DNA from: Dicyema japonicum
Taxonomy: Eukaryota; Animalia; Dicyemida
Assembly (NCBI GenBank): GCA_011109175.1
Contig: RDEW01000016.1
Location: 492,709 to 556,708, forward strand
Direction of reading: 5' to 3'
DNA: 64,000 nucleotides
Below, piece by piece: positions 36,410 through 49,562 of the stretch. The number at the start of each line of letters is the position of its first letter. Position 1 is the first letter of the stretch. The position numbers and the translations under genes were made by a program. Below the pieces are notes generated by a model. The model saw only the letters and a list, made by a program, of their open reading frames with translations. It was not told the DNA's origin and searched no databases.

Positions 36410-37640
36410 TTTTTTTTAATTTTTATTTTGGCTTTATAAATTTAAACAATAGAAGTCAGGTAGTTGCCGCCCTCACCGCGTGGCTGTTCCCTCTCAAAAT
36501 TGCGAGCGAAATTCGCTCAAATAGCCAGCGGCGTTCACGGAGATCTCCAGTGCATGAGGTGATCCGGTTTCCAAGACGTCCGAAAAACTCGAGTGTAGAG
36601 GGGGAGTAGGATCCGGAAGTCTCCATAGCAAGGGGAACAAATTTGACATCATCGGGAAGGTCGACGTATTTAACGAGTTTGGCCTTCTCCGCCTTTACGG
36701 ATGCTGAACAGGCCCTTGTAGCACTCTCGTGAAGATTTTTCTGGGCAAACGTGTCTGTACATGTCACATCCCAAACCAGTGGTTTCCCGGCCTCAAATGG
36801 AAATATGGTCATCCCGTCCGGTCGTTTCCCGTCACTTCTGCATAACCCGACCGGTTCAAGAATGGCCGAGTATCCAGCAGCATCCATAGCTCGCCTGACA
36901 ATTTCATTCAGAGCCTTGTGCCTTGGGGATCTGCCAGCGCTCCTCCTGCAGGCGAGAGGGTGCAGACCATAGCAGTCTATCAGGATGCCACATCGGCACG
37001 GGTGAGGTACACATACTTTTAGTCCCAGCCGCAGAGAGATACCAGTTCTAACGCATTCATCATCCAGAAAAGTGCCCAAAGCTCCATTGGGGATGGCGTT
37101 TAGCCAAGCTCCGCTCTCAGGGGAAGCCCCCGAAAGCAAATAAGCGCGTCGGTGCTGATTGGCAGATTCTAGTAAGAGTCCAAATGATTTCCAGCATAAT
37201 AAGTTGTCCAGGTTTCGCTGGCGATCTTGGGAAGGAGGCAGGGGGAGGTTGGTGGCATTCCAGGCTTCTCGTGCGTGGATTATCTCTTGGTCAGTTGAGA
37301 ATTCGGGTGGGGAGTGTAGAATCCTCCTGACCAAAGGTTCGCAGGCCGTGAGTGATGATAAATGAGCGGGAAGTGAGACGTCCAAAGTTCGACGATTCCA
37401 AGACCCCCGAATCTAACTGGGAGTGTAGCCTGCATCCATGTATCATCGTCGAATCGGACATTAAATATTTGCTCCGTCGAGCTGAGGAGAGACAAATCAA
37501 AATTCTCGAGCAGCTCCAGTTGAGAATAATATGGAGCTGTCCTTAGTAGATAAGAGATTCTCTGGATGTTGAGACTTCTTTTCAATAGGAATAGTGCTGT
37601 GTGCAAGTCCAGCAGCTGTAATCAATAGGAATAGTGCTGC
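36410..37640 (-). mobile_element. 5'-truncated CRE-like retrotransposon: RT thumb, CCHC finger, RLE and A-rich tail
   Basis: QATLPVRFGGLGI; 309-aa ORF with GAWLNAIP, CRCG..HPLAC..RH, RSDGKRPDG..VWDVT and ERISLAILRGNS; poly(A)-like end near 36410. Confidence 0.9.
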
Positions 37641-37708
37641 TGATATCCTACAATTATTATTTATCAATGAATTTAACTTTTAAATCTATGATCAAAAGAA
37701 AAAATAAA

Positions 37709-37790
37709 TACCAACAGTGGGATTCGAACCCACGCATCCGAAGATAACAGCACCTTAAGCTGCCGCCTTAGACCGCTCGGCCATGTTGGC
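37709..37790 (-). tRNA. trnL-AAG: tRNA-Leu(AAG)
   Basis: Reverse complement GCCAACATGGCCGAGCGGTCTAAGGCGGCAGCTTAAGGTGCTGTTATCTTCGGATGCGTGGGTTCGAATCCCACTGTTGGTA: paired acceptor stem, AAG anticodon, long variable arm, TTCGAATC T-loop and downstream T-runs. Confidence 0.95.
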
Positions 37791-40374
37791 TTCCTATGCT
37801 ATTTATCCTCATAGAAGATTAATATAATATTTTCATTTTTTAATCAAATAAATCAAACAAATATGAGCAACAATTTTTTTAAATGATTGAAAATTCTTCA
37901 GTTAAACGATCAAAAAATTTTTTGTTTCACTTTATAAATTCAGTAAGTCAAGTTATTAATTTGTCAAGGTTGGAATGATGTGAGCTGAAAGCCTACCTTA
38001 TTTGAAAAGCACGAATAACCGATAAAGTAACTTCGTTAATGAAAATTTGATAGATAAATCAAAATCCAAAAAATAGTTTGAAATTTTATTTAGTGAATTG
38101 CATCAAGATGCTGCTGACGAGGACATTAGAAAAAGTTGCTTCGTCTACCATGATACTTCATTCATCGGTATTTAATCTGGTAGTCTTCAACAGCGACTTC
38201 AAGTAAGGCACGATTTACACTGCAGAAATCATGCGTATTGAATTGCCTCAAAAAATAACATGGATGATTGTGTCCATGATTTTGGTATATGGGAACGTTC
38301 AATTATATTCATCCTACATCCGTCCTATGTTGTTATGATTGGATTTCTTCTTGAGTCTCGGATAAAGCCTTGGATCTAGCAAAAACTCTACAACCTGACT
38401 TCTCTCTAATGTTTCATAAGGACGGGCGTTTCATAGGAAATTAACTTTGAAGTTATCATAGATTTCTCACCCAAAATGTTAACAAAAAAGATCATATCAA
38501 TTAATTGTTGAGACGACCACCAAAAATGAAAATATAGAATCCTAAGATTAATGAAACTCGATAACTTATACCCCACATTGAGATATTCCATGATCTACTG
38601 CTGACAATATTATTCTTTTTTATTCTGATATCACAAATTCTACTTCTGACAATCCCATCTCTCTATTTTTGAATAATCACGTGGCTCTTTTCAGCTCAAC
38701 TCTTATGCTCTTTCCAATAATGATAAAAGTTGAGCATTTGTCTAGTACGGTAGTGTGTGTGTCCCTGCGCTATTGGTAACCCAACATGAGTAGAAATTTT
38801 TTTCAGACCGTTGAGGGACGAGATGACTCGAATTACAACGTCTGCCAACAGTACTCTGATCATCTTTCGGAATTCTCGTCCAGTATTGTTTTGATTGTGT
38901 TTATTAATTTTCCCCTGTTTACTGTGTCAAATGGTCTTGAGAGGTCTATTCCGAGGATATATTTCTTTCTTGTACCTTCATGTCATAGCGAATCTTGATC
39001 AATGGCCCATTGAAATTTTATTATGGCATCATTTTTTGGATAGCTTTCATTTGTTAACAAAAATTTTTAAAAATAAAAAATATGTAGTCAGTTTTCCAAA
39101 CAAGATGAATAGAAAGCAATTATAAGAAAAAAATCACACGTCTTGTGGTGTCTTAAAAATGGAAAACGTGGAAAAGAAGAGATTTGAAATAATCAACAAA
39201 ATTGACAAAATAAAAGGACAATCCACTTTACAGTTTGTTCGTGAAGTTTCCATGTCTTTTGTCGGAATGATGAAAAAAATTATTGACTTTATAAAAATAG
39301 GTATTGTCACTTCTACCAAAAATACCACATGCTCAGCTGTTCACGTTCCTTCTGAACAAGTGTCTTTGAAACATCAGAAAAGTACTTGAATTGGTTTCTA
39401 ATTTGTCGTCCAGACTCCCTATTAGGGGTTCACAAAGCTACTCGTATATATCTCGCAGACTGCCTGTACAAGTGTATTAGGAAGGCAGTCTCTTAAGCTT
39501 ACTGTGTTCAAGTTACGATTATGTGGATTATGCATACTCCATTGGAAGGGAAAAATCACTTACATCAATAGTGAAGGAATATATCAACATATTTTCATCG
39601 GAGGCTTATTGGTTGACTCCAAAAAACACAAAAATCCCAAAAATGCAAGACCTCATTTCTTAGAACATGAGTACCTATGGCGTCAGCTTGTGATGGCTAC
39701 CACAAAACTAATCAACCCCTGAAATAATTCGCCACATCTACACAGCTACTCCCATTTAATTAAAGGGAAAGAGGAATAAGCCTTATTGTTGTGCTCCCCC
39801 TCAGTATAGGATCCATGTGCATAGATCCTATGGAAAACCGTACTTATCAGCCAATACTTAACTTCCCCATTCTCTACAGTTAAAAAAGTGGACCCACCGG
39901 GTCATGATCTGTTCCGTCCCGGAATAGTCGATATCATAAGATATGTTATACACTTTTGAAGGTTATACATTGATGATTGCACTGTGGGCAGCCAACCAAT
40001 GAATGTGCTGTATGTCTGAGTAATTTAAGGTCAACAATTTATGATTTTTGCAACCTGAATTGAATTCGATCCTTTCTAGTTCAAAGAGATCATTCTGAAG
40101 GCCACAGAGACTCAAGAACAGGGTGGAATCAGTGACAAAGTGCAAAAAATAATCTAATTTCTTCGGGGGAACCTTAATCCTGAAAATGCAACAGCTCAAA
40201 ACAATCTACTACCGTTCGCTTCGGCAGTGAGAAATTTACTCCACCGAGGATTTAACGCACCCTACATATACTTGATCATGATGATTCTTCGAATTCCTAA
40301 ACCAACAGCAAACGCCTGTCTGGCCACTGGAGATGTTAGGGAACCACGCGTGGGTTAATGCTCTCCCTATCAAA

Positions 40375-40575
40375 GGCCGAATGGCGCAGAGTTACTAGTG
40401 CTGGACCAAAATCATGCGGTCCTGGTTCGAAACCCACTGCTTTCTATTCGGTTGAAGGTTCCACACATCTATGATGCTTTGGCTTGATCAGTAACGCCGT
40501 CATCAGTGAACATCTCACTGCGGGACTGGGTAGTCTACAAAAGGACTCACACCAAACAAAAAAGAAGTTGAGACC
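40375..40575 (+). mobile_element. tRNA-derived SINE, copy 2 (3' truncated)
   Basis: A-box tggcgcagagtt, B-box ggttcgaaacc, shared body gaaggttccac..cgccgtcatcagtga..cactgcggga. Confidence 0.8.
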
Positions 40576-40829
40576 ATTTCTTGTTCTAGACGAAAAACGA
40601 ACGGACGTACAAAGGAACAGAGGACATCTTCCGTATCATCAGTTTATTTACGTAGGTATGTAGAGAGGAGTGTTTCCCTAAAGTATACTATCCACATTTA
40701 TCTTGATGTCCATCGGAAGAAAGGATGATTGACTTACTTTGTCCTCAATCACTATGCAGTGGTTCATTATAAATCTGTATTATAATTAAGCAACACAAGT
40801 AAAAACATAAAAGCCATAGTGAGCGGTTC

Positions 40830-41330
40830 AACCATCAGCGGTCATGCCCAACCTCTCTCAAGTTCCCAATCTCATTTTTCTATTGACGTACTTGATCACA
40901 TTCACTATCCCAGGAAGTGTGACTCGTGGGCGTTTACAGAAACGTTCTCAACCAAGTACTCCACCATCGCTATATTAGCTGGGGTATCCACTCCAAATCT
41001 CAATATATAGCCTCCATCTCAAATCGGTGATCACGAGACTTAAAGGACCAGTTGAGCAAACATTATATAAAGCATTCTTGTCTATTTTCTTAGGCCAATT
41101 CATTGTCCTGAGCTGCCTTCGATGAAAGGAGTCTATCTCCTGTTCTCAACAAGTGTTGGGATATGGATATTTATGAATATGCGATTTTTTGACAAGGATG
41201 TAATTAAGATCAACGTGATTGTAAGATTCAATCAGAATGTGTGTCCGATGGGGGTATCACAGATTTGCGGATCAGGTGAGTATTATATTACCCATATGTT
41301 TGAATTCAACAATCACGGTGACGATTGAGA
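40830..41330 (-). mobile_element. RTE LINE 3' portion
   Basis: LDSFHRRQLR..WPRKI..LRWRL..TPANIAM..RPRVTLP. Confidence 0.65.
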
Positions 41331-41409
41331 AGTCTTTAAACTTTGGAAGAATTGATTTTTCTGAATATTTCTGTTTCCTGTAAGGAAATATCAATTTTTG
41401 AATGACAAG

Positions 41410-41470
41410 AAAGGCACGAGCGAACCCTAGGCATTTTACGTGCTTATGGCAACGCGGTAGTGCTTAATTT
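41410..41470 (+). repeat. Isolated RTE-type 3' tail module
   Basis: gcacgagcgaaccctaggcattttacgtgcttatggcaacgcggtagtgctt is the reverse complement of 46651-46701. Confidence 0.7.
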
Positions 41471-41539
41471 TTTAAGAAAAGCAACAAATACAATGGATTT
41501 GTGTTTAAGGCCATTTATAATAATGTTCGCACTTTCCGA

Positions 41540-41841
41540 GGAGCCATATCAGTTATCGCTCCCCGCAGGCAGAACACACACTTTATTTAGGTGAAGAACA
41601 GTTATATTAACTAATCGTAGAGGGAGAACCAAGGAATGCTCTTCACTTTTTTGTTTTCTTTCTCTTGTGTGTATGTCCCTTTAGACTATCCAGTTCCGCA
41701 GTGAATCTCCACTGATGACGGCACTCGTCAATCCGTTTAAGCAACGTAGATGCGTGGAACCTTCCACCAGGTGAACAGCAGCGAGAATCGAACCCGTGAC
41801 CTAAGTCACTTAGCCCGACACTTAACCAATGTGCCAAGGCC
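41540..41841 (-). mobile_element. tRNA-derived SINE, copy 3 (most complete)
   Basis: Reverse complement starts ggccttggcacattggttaagtg..gggttcgattctc (A and B boxes), then the shared body and tail. Confidence 0.85.
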
Positions 41842-42405
41842 ATTTATACGTTCAGATATTTCCCGTTTTGTAGAGTCCTGGGTTCTGTTCTTTGTTTCCA
41901 GTGATGATTAGGAAAAACCAATTCTATATTTGGAGCGAACAACTTCCCGCTTGGCGACAGCCATCATCCAGTTCGACTTCCTTGAAGAACAGGTGATAGG
42001 GCGTAGTGCGGTTTTTTTAGTTGCCGAATGGAGTCCAATTTTCGCCTGTAAAGGTATTCCACGTGAAGATCAAAAATCACGATGCAAGTGAAACCCAGTG
42101 AAATATATCTGTCATACTCAAAATTAAACGAGTTGGAATACACATTTTGGTTTTGTTCAAAAAATCATTATTAACACAACGTCGATAATGTCGGGGGGGT
42201 CCACTTTGGATGGATGGCTGTGTTAATTTAATTATTTAAATAATTTATATTTTATTATATAAACTTAATATTAGTCGGTTAGCCAAATAAGAAAAATTAT
42301 ATAATTTTTTTTGAAAAGAGCGGGAAAAATGAAAAAATATTTCATCTGATTTAACGTTAGAAAAATTTTTTCCGTTCGTCTAAAAGAAAACGTTCCGATA
42401 GAATT

Positions 42406-42960
42406 ATGTTTAATGAGATAAAATCAAGACAAGAGAAATTGAAATTTAACCAAAATAACTTCTCTTCGCTTTCCCCGTATCTCAAATTATCAATTATAGA
42501 CACATTTGACAGTAACTTCGCTAAATATCATATATTAGGCCAAACTTTGGGATCCTTTAGTTTGACTAGTCACGAAAATCACGAAATTGTGACTTGGATG
42601 GTCAGAAATAGCAACAAACTAACGTTCTCAGCCGACCAATTCAAAAAGGATTTGCTTACTAGGAAAGAAAATTCGTGAAAACGCAAATTTTTATCGCAAA
42701 TTTACTGTTTTATGGCCGATTCAGCAAAAAATGGAATTATTAGACGAATTCATAATAAAAGTACTTTAACTAACAACTTAGAACATCGACTTATGTTTAA
42801 CAAACGATGTTGGAATTGGAAAATTTAGGGATATTTATGAACATTTTCACAAATTCCTGGACTCGCACGCAATTGAAAAATTTGTTCTCTCAGTTTTTTG
42901 AGAAGACTAGTATAGTCACATTCATAACCCGGACAATCGAGGCAATAAACGGTAATTAAT
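42406..42960 (+). CDS. Possible intronless ORF of unknown function (frameshifted)
   Basis: 90-aa ORF continues in another frame (..FHKFLDSHAIEKFVLSVFEKT..); no motif recognised. Confidence 0.2.
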
Positions 42961-43039
42961 TAAAAAAATTATTAGTTGACGTGGACAACTCAACAACGGA
43001 GCAACTGAGACTGCGAGTATTTTGCCAAAAAGTTATTCA

Positions 43040-43620
43040 TTACCAAGGAATACCAACTGGAGTGGTTCTCCATGGCAACCGCATATTTGTCGCACTGTGA
43101 GACGGCCAGGCTGCTATACGTAATTTTCGGACCCCTCTATAAAGGTGATCACAGTTGACATGGTAGGACTGATTCTGTGGCATGAAATGACTGAGAGCAC
43201 AGCTGAGAGTCTTCAACAGGCCAACGAGCACTTCTCCCAACTGGCAGTGGTTCTTCTGTTTTTCACTCACGACGGGTCGGTCCCACGATAAACCAATGAT
43301 ATAATAAGAAATCTAACTCGTAAAATAATTTCACATGTAGTGTTCCCCTTTGAATGGCTGCCTGAGAACTTGGCTTGTCTGTTGAATTTAGCTGGGTATA
43401 AAATCACCGTCGATAAGCTTGAGGCTGACTTTCTTAGCGGACTTGTCATTGACGTGTCACAGACGATTGCCGCCTTCTTCTTTGTAAACAAGTTTAACAT
43501 AAAAGATTTCCAAACGGTTCCTCCTTCAAAGCAGTTGGTTGTTTGCCTTCCTGAGAGACCTGATAAAATCAGCCGAGAATGCTGGAAAGTCATGCCTTAA
43601 GCAGCATTTGTTTGTAGGAC
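43040..43620 (-). mobile_element. Decayed CRE-like pre-RT/RT fragment
   Basis: KKVSLKLIDGD parallels RSKLIECD and RKLCESN in the PHD-CRE copies; LGEVLVGLLK resembles the IAVG-x-x-RRL motif. Confidence 0.35.
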
Positions 43621-43904
43621 TTAGTCAGGTGTTGATTCAAACTGCAGTGGACGCTAAAGACTATCAATTAAGTGAATGATTTGTTTATATTAACAGATCA
43701 ACATTTTAATATGGCTGTAGATGGGATTCGACAATTTATAGAAGAATTAATGACAATCACGTTTCCTTAGTTTATTAAACAATGTTTGTTTATGTGGATT
43801 GAGTCATTTCATAATTATAAACATATAACTTGATGATTTTTATCAAACTATTGTGGACAAATTATAATGTCATACTTTGATATTGTAAACCATCGGAATT
43901 ATAA

Positions 43905-44105
43905 TTGGACATTTTCGAACCAGTCGCAGTGGAAACGTCAAGAATTATAGGAAGCAGGTCACTGATCCTGCTAAACAGATTCGGTTCGCTCATCCCAAAA
44001 AGGAAGAATCGGAGAGAAAGGAGCTGGCTCATTGAGCGCATTTCCTTGCAAATTGTCAGAGGAAATGCGTTCTCAATTATGAGAGCAGCCAGCAGTTGTT
44101 GACAG
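43905..44105 (+). mobile_element. CRE-like 3' end
   Basis: FEPVAVETS..ERSWLIERISLQIVRGNAFSIMRAA. Confidence 0.8.
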
Positions 44106-44239
44106 TTAATTTTTGGCTATGATTGTACTAAACTATCATATCCTTCTATTAGACATTTACTTTAAAATTATTATCGCTTCTGTAAATATTTATTGATACA
44201 AGGCTTACAATCTTTGATAAGTCAAGCAAAAACAGTCAT

Positions 44240-46530
44240 AACTAAATAATCAAAATTTCTAGGCCTTTATTGAACATCTTAGCTTTGATGAAATCACTGC
44301 CCGGAACATTATTCTTGACAGCTCTTATTGCTATTTTCAGCTCTGCTAGAGAGATCTCTATAAATACTGTTTTCTCCGACAATGGTTCGTAACAAGTATT
44401 CTCCGCGATGACATCCACTTCAAATATCTTTTTAAGTTGTGTCTCAAAAACTAGAGGTATTTCTTCTTCAGCATAAGAGGTGCTATCCGGTTTCTTGAAC
44501 ACAATCTTGTTTTCGATTGACTCTAAGTTCTTCGCTCTTCGGTATACCTTCCAGAAAGAAGCATTGTACTTGTTTAGCTTCCCTAGTTGAGAGTTCCACT
44601 TATTCTCATTTCAACTTCCGAATTAGATAGATATTTTTATTAACATAACTTGGCCTGGTGGCCTAATAGCGCTCTTAAGAAGAGAGGACGGCCACCAAAT
44701 AAATCAGATATAACCAGGATTACCCTGGTTAATGCCCGCTTTCGTAGGAAACGGGCTCCGGGGCTGATAGCTTTTACCAGCGCTGTTGAGATGGATGAAT
44801 TAATTATTAATACAAAGATGAAAAAACCTGGAATTAGTAATATCCCTGGTTATAATTCGATTGATATTCCAAGGCGTCCAGGTGCCATATCTGGTACTGG
44901 CATTTTTATACAAAAAGTGTATTAAAACGCGATTGCCAAGAATTATCGAAGAGAATGTCTGCGAATTATTACTAATTTATTTATTAACCCCGGGATCACC
45001 GAGAAAGAAAGACAAAAAATGTTAACTAGAGATTCTGTCAGCAGGGGAGGTATTTTTGTTCTACATTGTGGTCCCAGTCTTATGAATTGGAGTGATGAGC
45101 GAGTTCTTCCATATTTGAGGGATAGTGTTCCAGTTAACGGACAGGTTTAAAATTTCCGTTAGGTAGCTAATCGTATTTTCTTAAGTGTTTCGGGTGAATT
45201 GAAGATACTTTGTCCGGGCCACAGACCCGTGAGTTCTTTAATCCGTGATAACCTCTGAGACCTGCTTGTCTAAGAATAGTTCTTGGTAAGGTTCATTTTT
45301 CGGTTTGCGGGCACGTACTTTGATGTCCATTTCAACTTCGTAAGATGGCATTTTTTCATTTGGTTCCTTCGTTTTATGAGTGTAAGTGTCCGGGAATTGA
45401 GGGTAGGTATAAAATTCGTGTATGATGAGAGAGGAATAAATTTGTTGTCAGCCTTTTGAATGGCCACACTGATGATTTTTGAGGCTTCATCTATCAAACG
45501 TATATGGGATGATAGTCCTTTGACCAATTCCAGGTCTACCAAGTCAGAAAAGCCAGACGAGTCAACCTTCTTATATTTCTTGAAACTTTTCACTTCGGTC
45601 AGCAATGTCCGGCGTCTCCGAAATCCTCTTAACGTAAGAAGGATTGGATTATGGTGGCTGAGAAACCATAGTTCACATCCAATGTAGTGATTCCTGCTAA
45701 AGAGGGAGAACATTAGGTTAAATCAAGAGAGGTGCAGCCATCAGTGCTCCTTAAAGGGGTTCTTGTGTGTAATTTAGGATCATTCAAGATAATCATATCA
45801 ACAAGATCATTTAGGATGAACTCGGTTCAGCTGTCAGAGGACTGTGAAGTTAGCCAAACGGGGTGTCGGGCATTTAGGTCACCTCATATTAGAGCGTTCT
45901 TTAGTACTGAGAGGCGGGGTATATTTAGGGTGCAGGATTTTGGGCAGGATCCTTGTGATGGAATAGATAGGTTATTCAAGTTGATCCAAAGGACGAGTAC
46001 AGCTCCATTTTGATGGTGATCTGCTCCATGGAATCGTCCGTCGACTCACGTCAATGAAAGGTATACCGTTTTTTATAATTGAGAGTAGTCCTCCACCTGG
46101 TCTTCCCTAATGATCCTTACGGATTTATGTGTATTCCTGGAAAGAAGGTGTTGGCGTGAAGGATGAGAGCTTGGATTCGTGGATGAGAGCAAGGTCAGCT
46201 CGATATGCTGAGAGGAGAGCTCGAAGTTCCAGAATCTTCCTTTTAATTCAAATGTATTTGGTTGTAGAATTATTATGTCTCCACGTGGACCAGGGTTTGT
46301 TTCAATGTCGCCACATAGCAGGATCCAAAGTCCAGAACAGTGATGACACAAGACGGAGTCGGATACACATAAGTTACGGGAACCCCCAAGAGGTGGGGAG
46401 AAGTTAATGGCTCTTTTCGTTCCTTTCCGAAATAGGTGACACCTTATCGGGTGAACCACAAGACACCACAGCACATAATCATGCAACCTCTGCCAATTAT
46501 TATGCATCGATTTGTACACTTCCATTGGTT
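44240..46530 (-). mobile_element. Ingi/I-group LINE with 2A-like peptide, APE, linker and RT start; interrupted by an opposite-strand APE fragment at 44650-44925
   Basis: LWILLCGDIETNPGP, then an APE-like region, HNPILLTL, and KNSRVCGPD..LNLSVNWNTIPQIWKNSLITPIHK. Confidence 0.75.
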
Positions 46531-46649
46531 GGAAAACAAAGTGGAATTTACTCCAAAAGATTAAGGAATTATTCGAGGATTATAAAAGATTTTTTCGTTA
46601 ATAATGAAAACCCAATCCTTGTGGGAGATTGTAGGTGAGTAAAAAGAGT

Positions 46650-46955
46650 AAGCACTACCGCGTTGCCATAAGCACTTAAAATGCCTAGGGTTTCGCTCGT
46701 GCAGAACACACACTTTATACAAGTAAAGAACAGTTATTATAACTAATCGTAGAGGGAGAACCAAGGAATGATCTTCACTTTGTTTTTTCTTTTTTTTGGG
46801 TGTATGTCTTTTTGACTATCCAGTTCCGCAGTGAACCTCCATTGATGACGGCGTCACACGTCAAGCCTTTTAGCATCGTAGATGCGTGGAACCTTCCACC
46901 AGGTGAACAGCAGCGAGAATCGAACCCGTGACCTAAGCCACTTTGCCACCCGGCT
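46650..46955 (-). mobile_element. tRNA-derived SINE, copy 4, ending in the RTE-type tail
   Basis: Highly similar to copy 3 over head and body, then continues into ..ttatggcaacgcggtagtgctt. Confidence 0.85.
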
Positions 46956-47239
46956 GGGAGATTGTAATGCAAAAAATATTGCATTTGGTTGTGTGAAAAC
47001 TAGTTCTGATGGCTAATGTTTATTGGAAATAATGGAATCAGAAAATTCAGAAGTTTTTACGTCTAAAAAACTTAATCATTTCCAACAACGGAGTGCTGAT
47101 AGATTGGGTATTTTCGTTATGCAAGAAAACCTCGCTGTGAGCGGATCCCTATGTCGAAAATGATATAGGGACTTATAAACTTGGAGCTGCGAACTGGACC
47201 CGTTTTTGAAGATGAAATATTTCTTGGAGATAAAAATTT

Positions 47240-49500
47240 TAACAACGTGGTGGTCTTGTAGTGAGTAATTGTAACATCATGGAGCGTCGTTCATATAATG
47301 GAGCAACACACATTACACCCAAGAGACTGGACACTACATGCTCTTTATGCGGTTATAGTAATGCACGCAAATATGGACTTTTCTGCTCGTCTTGCGGTGA
47401 CTTTTTCCACCTTGGATGCATAAAGATGTCTCAGCGGGCTGCATGCTCGCTCTGCCTGTGGAACTGCAGTATCTGCATGGGCACTGGTCGGAAAACCCAG
47501 AGGATCATTCCAAACGAGCACGTCGAACCAAATGAGCCTTTAGACTTCAATGATATGGACAACCTCTTGCTCTTCTTGTCGGATCTAAGGAAAGCCAGGA
47601 AGATCCCAATCAGGATCCCAAGACCCGTCCGGATTCCCGCGGCTACATGCCTGGCCTCTGCAATTGACTATACTTTCACGTCCGACGACCTGGAGGCCTA
47701 CTAAAACTCCTCAGTTTTGCTCGATGGCCCTTGGAATTCCATTTATCGACTCAAAGGAGATCACAGAATACAGAGAAAGCACGACACTTAGGAACTCCCT
47801 TTCCTCAAAAATGAATAAGAACATCCAGGTTTTCTATTTGCATTCTCTCACCAAGACGGAAGTCATGAAATCAAACATTCTGATTCCAATCCTTTGGTTT
47901 ATTTGAATGGCCCGGACAAACTTGGAGAGAGAGTCAACCGCAAACTATGTGAAAGCAACGTCCGAGCGGCGTTGCGCGTCGTCGCCAGCGACGAAACTAT
48001 TATGGCTGCGACACCTAAGGTGTTGGAACTACTCAGACAAGAACATCCATGTCCTCCGGAAAATTACCGCCCATTCGTGCTTCCGGGAATTTTGTCAAGG
48101 ATGACCGTCACCGAAGGCGAAGTGCGACGCGGCACTTCGTCGTTTGCGGCGAGTAGCAGTGAAGGTATCGATGGCTTGTGGCCGGGTCACATCAAGATCT
48201 TATGGTGGAGGCTACTGCATAATATGGCTGCAACCTTGTCAAGTCAATCACAAAACTGGTTATGCGTATTTTGAACGGAGATATTCTCCCCACGCAAGGG
48301 AGCTTCTTTTCAGTGCACATCTACTGGCCTTCTAAAAAAGCCCGAAGGAGGGGTCCGCCCCATCGCGGTCAACAACTATTTCAGAAGACTGACAGCAAAA
48401 ATCGAATGCACCACTGTCTGTCCGAAAATATCTGAAGAATTTTCCCCCTCCAACTGGGGGTTGGTGTAAGGAACGGATGCGAGGCTGCGAGGTGTTTTTT
48501 TGGACAGAAAGACGAACAGAATCCACACATTGGGGTCAAGCTGGACATTTGCAATGCCTTCAATTCATAGAGGAGGGATCAAATTTTCAAAACTACAAGC
48601 AAACGAGCCCCGCAACTTATTCAACTTGTCTTCCTCGCTTACGGAACCAATTCTTCACTAATTTTCGGGGACAAGATTATCTGTTCGAGACCGGAGTTCA
48701 ACAAGGGACCCACTTGGTCCACTACTCTTGCGCTATTCATTGATGAAATTGTCCGCTCTATAAACACACAACTAAACCTCTGGTATCTTGATAACGTCAC
48801 GATTAGAGGGCCGTGGAGAAAAGTACACGACGTTCTATCACATGCCGTGCCGGCACTACGAAACCTCGGACTTGAGATAAACATAAAGAAATCGGAGCTA
48901 ATAAACATCACATACTCGGAGAGTGATTTCATCAACGTGGTCGAGTCTTTCAACTCGGTACTACCTGGAATTACTGTCGTACTCAGGGAACGGACATACT
49001 TTCTTGGGTGCCCACTTGACGAAAAGGAACTGCGGAGCCATCTACAGACAAAAGAGGATGAACTCTCCAGAGTCACGGAGAAACTCTCCTTACTCGATAG
49101 TCATACAGCGTTCTTCCTTTTGAAGAATAGTATCGACTTGCCCAAACTCCTATTGCTCTCCGATGTTCTCCCTGCTTCAGACATCGTGACATCCTCCTTC
49201 ACTAGATAGGACATTGAGAAAATCAGCTGAATTGCTTCTAAACATCCACTTTGATGTGCCGAGTTGGAACCAATGCAAACTTCCTACACGCCTCTAAGGA
49301 ACGGGTCTCAGGTCGGCGCTGGAGATCGCCTATTAAGCATATGTGTCATCGCTCTCAAGTGGAAGCCTTCTGGTCCAAGAAATCCTACGTAAATTGTACA
49401 AAGGCCTGACTGAGGAAGAGAACAAACTTGTGAGGCCAGTAAGAGAGGATATTCAAAACTGGATGCTTAACTATCTTGACTAGTAATTGGATATCAAGGA
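47240..49500 (+). mobile_element. CRE-like retrotransposon 5' portion with PHD finger and RT, frameshifted, RLE missing
   Basis: PHD at 47339-47476; RT motifs KKPEGGVRPIAVNNYFRRL, QLGVGV, KLDICNAFNS, GVQQG.PLGP, NLWYLDN and LGLEIN. Confidence 0.88.
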
Positions 49501-49562
49501 AAAAAAGGGTACCCGGATGAACAGTCCAGGCCAACCGGTGGACTGATAGTTATTTCAATATA

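Noticed and set aside
36751-37546. Plus-strand ORFs 36751-36972, 37159-37365 and 37352-37546
   Set aside because: Antisense shadows of the minus-strand CRE ORF.
40216-40227. tcgcttcggcag matches the U6 snRNA 5' end
   Set aside because: Only 12 nt; no ACAGAGA box or other U6 sequence follows.
40375-40440. tRNA-like heads at 8720, 40375, 41780 and 46900 as tRNA genes
   Set aside because: No complete cloverleaf, and each continues into a shared SINE body.
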